Positions 22,062-32,039 of a stretch of 64,000 bases of DNA are shown piece after piece. Position 1 is the first letter of the stretch. Every line of letters begins with the position of its first letter. The stretch spans positions 145,762,001-145,826,000 of the forward strand of contig OZ024741.1 of assembly GCA_964016885.1 (NCBI GenBank). Reading direction: 5' to 3'. Source of the stretch: Eledone cirrhosa. Taxonomy: Eukaryota. A model generated the notes under the pieces. The model searched no databases, was not told where the DNA came from, and worked only from the letters and a program-made list of their open reading frames with translations. The position numbers and the translations under genes were made by a program.

Positions 22062-24700
22062 TAGGGATTCTTTTCTTTGTTTTTGTGCCTCTCCTTTGTT
22101 CTGTCCTACGCCATCTTGTTTTTGTGTGTGTTGTATGCTTAGTTTACGCATGTGTTACATCCGGGTGTCTGTGTGTGTTTATATTTGTTTATTTACATGT
22201 TACTGGTTGGTTGTTTGTTCTATGTGTGTGTATGTTTTCATTTTGTCCTTAATTGTAAGTTGTGATGTTGCTATTCCATTCATGTTTTCTATATAATTTT
22301 GGTTGGAGTTCATTTATGTTTATTGCCTCTGTGATTTGTCTAAACATTGCGTCTTTTCTGTGTGTAGATTCTATTTTTATTTCTATGTTCTCTAATTTAC
22401 CCTTATGTTGTTGGTGGAGTACAGATGATTCTTTTCTATCTTGAAGCTCTCGCCAGTGTTCATTTATCCGTTCTCCTATACTTCGAGCTGTCTCACCTAT
22501 GTACACTATATTCTTATCTCTACATTGTCCTTCAGTACATCTTATGCTATATACTACATTTCTAGTTTTACAGTTAATATGGGGGCTTAGTTTACAGATT
22601 ATACATTTCTTATCTATACAGGGAGGTCTTTGAAAAGGGTATGTATTGCTAATAAGTGTTTTTATTGAGGTACCTGGTCTTTCTAATATCTTAATATTGA
22701 GTTTATTTTTATCTAGGGCCCTTCTAAATTTGTAAGCTAATTCACCTCTAGGGATTGTATTGATGAGCATTACACTCTGGTATTTATTGCTATCATACCA
22801 TGAGTTTATTCTATTAACCTTATTCCTAGTTCTTTTTTATTCTATTCCAAAATGTGCTCCTATACAAGGGGCAGGTCCCATTTGTATCATTATTTACCAT
22901 TTTTTTCCCATTTGGTTCTGGCTCCTCTATATACTCTGATTTTATCTCTCTGATTGTAACCAGAGAACTGCATACGGTGGATCAAGTGTTGTATGTGTCT
23001 CTCTAGTTCTTTGGGATTGCACATGTGGGGAAACTTTCTCATCACCCGTACTCATCAATCCGCAATCAGTATGTTGATTTTGGTGTGGTCCGAAACAGCT
23101 GAGTTTCGGTGGATCAGATATTTGGAAGTCATGGGTTTGGCATAATGGGAATGGAGGATTTGTTTTTTTATTATTAATGGTTTCTAACCAGAACTCTGTG
23201 TTTAGTACAGGTAATTGATGGTTGGGGTGTTTGCTTGGGTAGTCTGTAGTAACTCTAATACTCTGGTGGATGGAGTTAGCTATTTGCTGGATGCTTTCCA
23301 TGGTGTTTTTCTTTAATTCCTGACTGTTCTCTAGTGGGGGTGTTTTACTACGATGTTTATATCATCAACGTAGCGGGAGTACATTATCAGGGTTAAGAGG
23401 TTGCTGTCTTCTAATTGTTCTTTAAGTTTAAGTTTAAGTTTAAGTCTATTGTCCCACTATACCATGAATAGGTTAGCTATGTCACCTGCAATGCTAACAC
23501 CAATGGCTGCTCCCTCCTCTTGGGCATATGTTTTTCCATTAAATTTGAACATATGTTCCTTAAGGGTTAATTTTATACTGGCCCCCACCGCAAGTGCAAT
23601 CATTTTCTTTAGTTCATCGTGGTTTTCGGGAGGTCCGTATGGCTCTGGTCCACCCGTTCCATCTATCTGTGTGGGTTTTCTTGGCCATTGAGGTAATGGT
23701 AGGTGGTCTGCCTCTTGCTGGTCTTGTAGGGCACAGGTTGCTAAGGTCATATGTATCTAGATAATCATTACTATAGGTCACTTTAAGTAGGAGTCCCAGC
23801 TCACTGGTATCAATCCCACGGAATTCAACATTGCTCTCACTGATCATTTCTACGCATTTCTCCACAGCAAAATCCACGTCAATGGATGGATATAGGGACA
23901 CAACAACCATAATTTTGGAATAGAATAGAAAGAACTAGGAATAAGGTTAATAGAATAAACTCATGGTATGATAGCAATAAATACCAGAGTGTAATGTTCA
24001 TCAATACAATCCCTAGAGGTGAATTAGCTTACAAATTTAGAAGGGCCCTAGATAAACATAAACTCAATATTAAGATAGTAGAAAGACCAGGTACCTCCAT
24101 AAAAACACTTATTAGCAATACATACCCTTTTCAAAGACCTCCTGTATAGATAAGAAATGTATAATCTGTAAACTAAGCCCCCATATTAACTGTAAAACTA
24201 GAAATGTACTATATAGCATAAGATGTACTGAAGGACAATGTAGAGATAAGAATATAGTGTACATAGGTGAGACAGCTCGTAGTATAGGAGAACGGATAAA
24301 TGAACACTAACGAGAGCTTCAAGATAGAAAAGAATCATCTGTACTCCACCAACAACATAAGGGTAAATTAGAGAACATAGAAATAAAAATAGAATCTACA
24401 CACAGAAAAGACGCAATGTTTAGACAAATCACAGAGGCAATAAACATAAATGAACTCCAACCAAAATTAAATAGAAACATGAATGGAATAGCAACATCAC
24501 AACTTACAATTAAGGACAAAATGAAAACACACACACACATAGAACAAACAACCAACCAGTAACATGTAAATAAACAAATATAAACACACACAGACACCCG
24601 GATGTAACACATGCGCAAACTAAGCACACAACACACACAAAAACAAGATGGCGTAGGACAGAACAAAGGAGAGGCACAAAAACAAAGAAAAGAATCCCCA

Positions 24701-24743
24701 GTCACTGAAGAGGTCACAGAATGTGTGACGAAAGAACTTTGAC
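24701..24743 (+). ncRNA. Minimal type I hammerhead ribozyme (mirror copy)
   Basis: Same motif on + strand; CTGAAGA 24705-24711, GAAA 24730-24733. Confidence 0.85.
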
Positions 24744-25164
24744 AATATATGAACAACCGTCCGGTTGTGGAACCAACCAACCAACCGGAAATTTATAAAT
24801 TCTTAAATTTATAAATTTAATTTATAATTAATTGTAGTGAAAGCAACTGGTGCGTGTGTTTCTTATTGGCAACATGACCCTCCCAAAGGAGGCGTTACGC
24901 CTAGCCGATTTCCCGAAATTTCAAGGCATATTATGCACATAAAAAAAATCATTTTCTTGATCCCCTAGGGCTTGCATTAGGTGAAAACCTGCATTTTTCC
25001 TGCTTCATCGAGGAAAATCTTAAAGAAAGATTATCCAGCCATCAGAGTATTCGGTTTATTTTCTTTACATATTGTCCAGGCATGCAGTTTTTCCATGCTT
25101 AGGTCTGTTGGCGACCCGCCTTCCAAAATACATTATCCCGTGCAACACCGGGTACCACTGCTAG

Positions 25165-25514
25165 TATTGTATAAATCTATGCTTGAAGCGAAATCTTATT
25201 TCTTTTCTACTATAATTTGATCCAACTTATGCAGCTTCATATGCAATGAGATTAATCATCTCATTTACACAGACGAGAAAACTATATATTCTCGACTGTT
25301 TTCAAGTCCAGCAGTAGCAAGCAGTGGGAGGGACCGTCCTGACGATGGCCAGTCATGCCTGAAATGCATAGACGTTGTTCCCCCAAGCTTCTACTGGACA
25401 CCACCAGAGGGCGTTAGCCCTGGTGTTTGCATAGCTACGGCTTCCTAAAACCGTATTTCTTTAGAAATACGAAATTTCTATACATATTGTATAAAGCTAT
25501 GCTTGAAGCGAAAT
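25165..25514 (+). mobile_element. 320-bp hammerhead-containing unit bounded by 30-bp direct repeats (PLE pLTR or retrozyme-like)
   Basis: tattgtataaa[t/g]ctatgcttgaagcgaaat at 25165-25194 and 25485-25514. Confidence 0.7.
25326..25384 (+). ncRNA. Minimal type I hammerhead ribozyme
   Basis: CGTC-CTGACGA-tGGCcagtcatGCCt-GAAA-TGCA-TA-GACG; palindromic stem III ATGCAT; possible stem I extension GGGA/TCCC. Confidence 0.85.
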
Positions 25515-26214
25515 TCTTTTATATATATATATATATTAGTATATGATAGTATATTAAGTATATGTTAGTTAATCACTAACAGTATTGTATGCAGATAGAG
25601 CACACTACAAAGTACACATGTGGGTCTGTTTACTTTGAAGTATAATTACAATCATGAAGTACAAGTCAAGAGGTTAGAATTTACTTCATTTTTTCATAAT
25701 CGCTGTTATAATATTTTGGTGATAACTGTTATGCAACAGTTATGTCACCATCAGACAGCTAGAAGGTGAACAAAAAACCCCCAGAAAAACAGGAAGAAGA
25801 AATAAAAATTACTCCTGTTGTTTCGATTCATTGATATACCCCAGGCCGCTATTTGGTGTTGTTTTCTTAAAGCACAGGTGCCATATAACTTAGAATAAAT
25901 AGCCTTCCTGCATCAGCAAAAGGGATATAGCAGGCCACCATCTATTAGTCAGAGGTAATTTCACCACAATATCATCAAGCCATCGTGAATTCCTTCGTGG
26001 TGCTATATATATATATATAATTATTTAGTTACTACAGCAACATGATACCAGGTACATATATTTCGTTGGTCACTGAGGTCCAACTTCTTCAACCTGTACC
26101 GATGAAAATGAACCAGAAAGTGTTTACTCGTAGAGGTGAAAAAGAAGAAGAAAAAGAGAAAAGAGTCAAACCAAGGGTAGATAGTGTGGATAGTCTAAGG
26201 GAGACAATTTGACT

Positions 26215-28440
26215 TAAAAGCTAAAAAAACGAGCAAATGTTAAATGTGTGTGTTGCTGTTGGCTGTATTTTAGTTTGTTCTTTTCCTTTTTCTGATAATA
26301 TTTTTTTATGCTTTGGAGGATTAAGCACTTAGTTTTGTTCAATATCTTGATGGAGTATATTTTGCACATATGTTTATAACAGTTTCTGCAAATATCTGCC
26401 AAGATGTTTTGACGTTGGTGGAGATGTGTGCATATGTGAAAGACCAGTCAACATGTGATAGCTCATTAGTGATTGCATCCCAGTTGGCATTATGAAAATC
26501 CATATTATCAAATGGGTGGACTGGAGAGTGGTCATTGTGTTTAATTTTTTGCTGATGGAATTTCAAGTTACAGAGAACCATGTCATGGTCTGAGAGAAGG
26601 GTTTTTTTTCCACTGTAATATTATGTATAGTGTTAGTGTGGTTAATAAATACTAGGTCGAAAAAGTTTTTTTATTTTTGGTATCTGGTATCAAGTTGGGA
26701 CAGGAAAAACTCATACATAAAGTCAGGAAGTGACTCTACTGCTACTTTGTCAGTGGTTGAGGTGGACATACCTGGTTTCAAACTGTTTGTAGACCAATCA
26801 ACACAGGGTAGATTGAAGTCTCTCATCATTACTATCATACCAGAATGGCACTATTGCATAAAACACTTAATGCTGTTTGGGCATTTTTGAAGCTTTGTTG
26901 TGCATGGTGACTGATTCACAGTAGCCATTGGAAAATATGTTATTTCCGTAAAAGAATCATGTGAGAAAAGGGCAGTTTCACTCTTCCTCCTGCTGACAAT
27001 GTGCATGGATGGTTGTAAGATTTCTTACCTTCACTTCGCTTCTAAGTGATAGTTGTTGAAATGGGCCTCAGGATGGAGAAAGAGATGTGGTGTGGATGGT
27101 TGTTGACCCAATCCTCTATGAATTGGATCTTCTATTTTTGTGCATTGATGGAAGGGCTGACACTATGAGCATTGAGGAGAAATGTTGAGGCTAAACTGGT
27201 GGCTGGTTTTGACTGTTTCAGGGAGCTTGTTTTATGTTTGTTAGTGACTGGGTAATAGCAGAGGTTGGCGTTGTGTGATAGCTAAAAGATCCTTTTTGTA
27301 TCTTTTTTGTCAGGTTTATCATGGCTAAAAGAGAGTTTTCTTGTGTAAGGGCAGTTGCTGACTGGATGTGTGGTTGCACTGTTGGATAAAGTTATAGCTT
27401 CCACTTTTGGTTGTGTTTTTGTACCTGCATAAAAAATTTTGACCAGCATTACTGCAGCAGGGGATAATTTTACTGTGGGTTAGATGTTGCCTTAAATTCC
27501 CATTTCTGTTAGTGCATTGAGTCTCAGGAAGATGAGTGAAGGGTCAGTTATACTGCAGACATAATCTCTCACATTGGGAATACCAGCAGATTTCAGGATT
27601 CTGGGTTATGTGTATTTTTGTGTTGGATTTAGTATTTGATGGTGTTAATGTTATTGTGAGATGTATGCTGCAAGTGCTCATATGAATGGTGCATCATGTC
27701 TCAGGTAGAGGCATCAAGATGCAGCCATTGCGTGTGCAGAGTCTCTGGCATAATAAATAATTGTTTCTACTTTTGGCACAAGGCCAGCAATTACCCAATG
27801 TATTACTGGTACTTTATTTTATCGACCCCGTAAGGATGAAAGGCAAAGTTGGGGTTTCATGTCTGTACTGTGCAGTGCAAATGTTGCTTCATAGATTTTG
27901 ACAGATTTTTCATAGTACAGTTGGATTGAGATGGAGATATAGAGGAAGAAAGCAGTGGTTTATTATTAGTAGAGGTGATAGAAATGTTAATAGCAAGAGA
28001 AGATGATGATGACAATTGTTGTGCTTGCTGTAGTTAGTCTCTTAACATATTCAGTGAAAATCGTGAGTGGGAATCTGAAAATGAAGAGCTGATGACTGTG
28101 TCATACAGCAAGTCTTCTAGTGTACTAACATTTAGGAGTGGCTCTTCCTGTTGTTGTTTTTGTTGTTGATGTTGCTCTTGTGGTGGTTCTTATTGATTTT
28201 GTGGCTTTTGTTGTTTTGCTTGATGAATATTTGGAGAAAATATATGGCAAAGTTTTTCAAAGTGACTTTGAATTAATTTGAATGAGACCACAATATGTTT
28301 AATTTTGCTTCGTATCTGCTTCACTGACCAGGTATTGAAAAGCTGGGTTGTTTTTCCAGCAATATGATTCAGACATGAAGCATCTATATTTTTAGTTTAG
28401 GAGAGACAAAACCTTGCATTTATGAGAAGGTTGATTTCAT
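26215..28440 (-). pseudogene. Highly decayed CR1/L2-like LINE (ORF1 and APE remnants) interrupted by a SINE
   Basis: DFHNANWDAITNELSHVDWS, DFNLP.VDWS, SDHDMV, and a C..QWLH PHD-like remnant near 27700-27745. Confidence 0.65.
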
Positions 28441-28521
28441 TTGTTGTGTGTGTATATATATATATAGATATATATATATATATACACCCACCCCCAAAAC
28501 ACACTCATATATATTTATATA

Positions 28522-28569
<48 letters not shown>

Positions 28570-28736
28570 TTATATATATATATATATATATATATATAAG
28601 CAGAAGGGATATTCAATTTGTTGATAATTCAACAAATATAAATGTTTATAATTGATTTAGCGCACTCGACAAGTTTTCTGGAGTATAATATTCAATGATA
28701 TTAAATAAATGCAAACTATATTTATAAAACCATATT

Positions 28737-28797
28737 TATTCTATTATATATATTTCAAGGGTACCAAAACTTTGGTACGCTTTCATCAGATAAAATA
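28737..28797 (-). ncRNA. Minimal type I hammerhead ribozyme (mirror copy)
   Basis: Reverse complement of 28920-28980. Confidence 0.85.
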
Positions 28798-28919
28798 CAA
28801 AGTGTGTTTTATAAATTTTGACATAACCAAGGAAAATACCTTAACGGTTCAAGTTAAGGAAAACTTGAACCGTTAAGGTATTTTCCTTGGTTATGTCAAA
28901 ATTTATAAAACACACTTTG

Positions 28920-28980
28920 TATTTTATCTGATGAAAGCGTACCAAAGTTTTGGTACCCTTGAAATATATATAATAGAATA
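28920..28980 (+). ncRNA. Minimal type I hammerhead ribozyme
   Basis: TATTTTAT-CTGATGA-AAGcGTACCAAagttTTGGTACcCTT-GAAA-TATATA-TA-ATAGAATA; 8-bp stem I with one G-U; palindromic stem III. Confidence 0.88.
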
Positions 28981-29019
28981 AATATGGTTTTATAAATATA
29001 GTTTCCATTTATTTAATAT

Positions 29020-29060
<41 letters not shown>

Positions 29061-30048
29061 CTGATTACACTTGTCTTTTGTGTTTTTCAATCCAGATATT
29101 TTCATTTTTATTTTATTTTTGCGCAGCCTATCTTACAATTTTATATTTGTACTTATTTATCCACATTTCAATATGGCTGAACGCCTTAATGTGTGTATAC
29201 TTTTTTTATATATGTACATGAGTGACTACGTATGTGCGCGCGCGTGCGTGTGTGTATATGTGTGTATGTGTGTGTGTGTGTGTATGTGTATATGTGTTTG
29301 TGTGTACTGGTGTTTGTGTGTGTGTGTATGTATATATTATGCGTATGTGTACGTGTCTTTATATCCGTGTTTTTGACATCTCGGTTTTATGTTTTGTTCC
29401 TTTTTTCTTCTCCCCCTCCCCTTCCTTTTTTTACTTACTCAGTTTCAGACGTGGGCATGTAAACAGGTTTATATGCGTGAGTATAGGTATGTGTGTGTGT
29501 GTGTGTGTATGTACGTATCGAACGTATGGAAGTGTAAGTGCGCATGTTTATATAAGCATAATTATTTTTACATTTCTTTTGTGAGACACGCGTGTCTGTG
29601 TATGTATATACCCCCCTTTTTTGTTTTCTTTAATTTTTTCTTTCTAATATATCGTTATTATATTTTTATAAATATATCGAGACTGACCCTTTTCTTTTAA
29701 TTATTACACTCCCTTACCTCCTTTCTTTCCGCACCTAAGCGTACGAGTGTCCAGGCGTTTTATGCGCGCGCCTTCATATTCGTATATTTACGATGTAACC
29801 ATTTCTGTTTGTATAATACAGACATATAGATACATTTGCCCTATTTTAGAATTACGCACACTTTCTCACTATACATGTACATGTACACATATACATATAT
29901 GCACATCTGTGAGCGTATATACATACATATACACACACCTAACTATATTTCTTGATAGATTTTTATATATTTCAATTTCTATTTCATTTTTCTATATCTT
30001 TTTTTGATTTTCTTGATGTGTTTTTCTAAGTATTTGCCCATGTTTTAT

Positions 30049-30126
30049 ATTGCCTCGTCTGACGAACGAATGAAGTCGTTTATTTCGTATTCGCCTCATT
30101 CGGGAAACCTCTGGTAATGAGGTAAT
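30049..30126 (+). ncRNA. Type I hammerhead ribozyme
   Basis: ATTGCCTCGT-CTGACGA-aCGAATGA...TCATTCGg-GAAA-CCtctGG-TA-ATGAGGTAAT; 10-bp stem I with two G-U. Confidence 0.88.
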
Positions 30127-30297
30127 TATATTGTATTGATTTTTATACATTAAATTTTGCTCTGATACTTACATAGAGCACTCTTCATTTCTATGACCTT
30201 TTCTGTTTCCAACGGAAATTTCAATACTTATATATATATATATCTGAGAGACGTAAAATAAGAAAATTATATAATTAACTTACTTACTAAAATTTCA

Positions 30298-30377
30298 CTC
30301 CCAACTAATTAGTTTCTGAAATGGAATAAATATACTTTCCGAAGAAAATACAGACAAGCATTTCGTCGTCAGGGAAG
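30298..30377 (-). ncRNA. Type I hammerhead ribozyme (mirror copy)
   Basis: Reverse complement of 31025-31104 with one substitution inside stem II. Confidence 0.78.
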
Positions 30378-31024
30378 ACTATTCTCAGCTAAGTATCCAG
30401 GCAAAGCGTGGACTCTGGAAACTTATACAAAAATAATTCAGTGGATAGAAAATAGCAAAGCGTGGACTGAATTCCTAGCCATTGAGAAAATCACTGCCTC
30501 TGCGTCGGTGGCAAATTCAAAAAGAATCAATCACGTGACATCGAGGACAATCAGTGGAAAGTGGTTTGTTAATAAGACAGCGGCCTGCCTGCTACCATAG
30601 CAGCAGTCTTGGCCAATATTGCTCAACAAATAATTTGGAGATAATTATAAAGAATTAATATCTAGTAACATATATATACATACATATACTATATATTTGC
30701 TAGCATTGATATGCATCTGTATGTATATATATGTTACTAGATATTAATTCTTTATAATTATCTCCAAATTATTTGTCGAGCAATATTGGCCAAGACTGCT
30801 GCTATGGTAGCAGGCAGGCCGCTGTCTTATTAACAAACCACTTTCCACTGATTGACCTCGATGTCACGTGATTGATTCTTTTTGAATTTGCCACCGACGC
30901 GGAGGCAGTGATTTTCTCAATGGCTAGGAATTCAGTCCACGCTTTACTATTTTCTATCCATTGAATTATTTTTGTATAAGTTTCCAGAGTCCACACTTTG
31001 CCTGGATACTTAGCTGAGAATAGT

Positions 31025-31104
31025 CTTCCCTGACGACGAAATGCTTGTCTATATTTTCTTCGGAAAGTATATTTATTCCATTTCAGAAACTAATTAGTTG
31101 GGAG
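31025..31104 (+). ncRNA. Type I hammerhead ribozyme
   Basis: CTTCC-CTGACGA-cGAAATG...CATTTCa-GAAA-CTAATTAG-TT-GGGAG; palindromic stem III ACTAATTAGT. Confidence 0.8.
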
Positions 31105-31271
31105 TGAAATTTTAGTAAGTAAGTTAATTTTATAATTTTCTTATTTTACGTCTCTCATATTATTGTTCTGCAACCCCATGCATTGAACCACAAAGTTACT
31201 AAGACAAAACCTATATATTTGCTAGCATTGATATGCATCTGTATGTATATATATGTTACTAGATATTAATT

Positions 31272-31340
<69 letters not shown>

Positions 31341-31417
31341 AAAGTTCTATTTAAATTGTTGGGATACAACAAGAAAATATTTTTAGATATATATTTTTAT
31401 ATATATATATATATATC

Positions 31418-31580
31418 TCATCATCATCATCATCATCATCATTTTATGTCCGCTTTTCCTTGCTTGCATGGGTGGGATGGGAACTGATTCTGGCTTGATT
31501 TCCACAGCTGGATGCCCTTCCTAACACCATCCTCATTTACAGGGAATGCTGGGTGCTTTTTTGCCGTGGCACCTCCACGA
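31418..31580 (-). mobile_element. Bipartite non-autonomous RTE derivative (RTE 5'UTR + RTE 3' end); relatives at 31757-31905 (+), 50070-50145, 54895-55230 (-)
   Basis: aaaagcacccag...ggtgttaggaagggcatcca matches 5649-5701; cccacccatgcaagcaaggaaaagcggacataaaatgatg matches 8778-8817. Confidence 0.8.
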
Positions 31581-31683
31581 CCACTTTGCAGTGGAATGAT
31601 ATGGACCCCAGTCCCTATCATGTCATTTCTACAGCTGAGTAAACTGGAGCAATGTGAAATAAAGTGTCTTGCTCAAGGAAACA

Positions 31684-31722
<39 letters not shown>

Positions 31723-31901
31723 CAAATACATATATATATATATATATATATACTTGGTGTTAGGAAGGGCATCCAGCTGTAGAAAACCCGCCAGACGGTC
31801 CTATGCGAGCGAGACAACCACTCTTGCCTCAAGTGGGAAAACTCCTGTCCAAACCCATGCAAGCGTGGAACATGGACGTTAAACGATGATGATGATGATG
31901 A

Positions 31902-32023
<122 letters not shown>

Positions 32024-32039
32024 GTATATATATATGTAT

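Larger units (their letters stand above)
21891..24887 (-). mobile_element. Penelope-like element (RT + GIY-YIG) with ~960-bp inverted terminal duplication
   Basis: Minus-strand RT VSLYPSID, QEEGAAIG, YSRYVDDI; GIY-YIG NVVYSIRC..YIGETARSIGERINEH; arms 21891-22853 and 23912-24887 are reverse complements. Confidence 0.95.
28693..29024. repeat. Near-perfect fold-back palindrome (163-bp arms, 6-nt loop) with a hammerhead on each arm
   Basis: Arms 28693-28855 and 28862-29024; loop AAGGAA. Confidence 0.95.
30245..31278 (+). mobile_element. Non-coding hammerhead element: 440-bp inverted arms plus ~68-bp terminal direct repeat (unit ~522 bp)
   Basis: Arms 30245-30684 and 30718-31157; ctatatatttgctagcattgatatgcatctgtatg...attctttata at 30689 and 31211. 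Confidence 0.9.
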
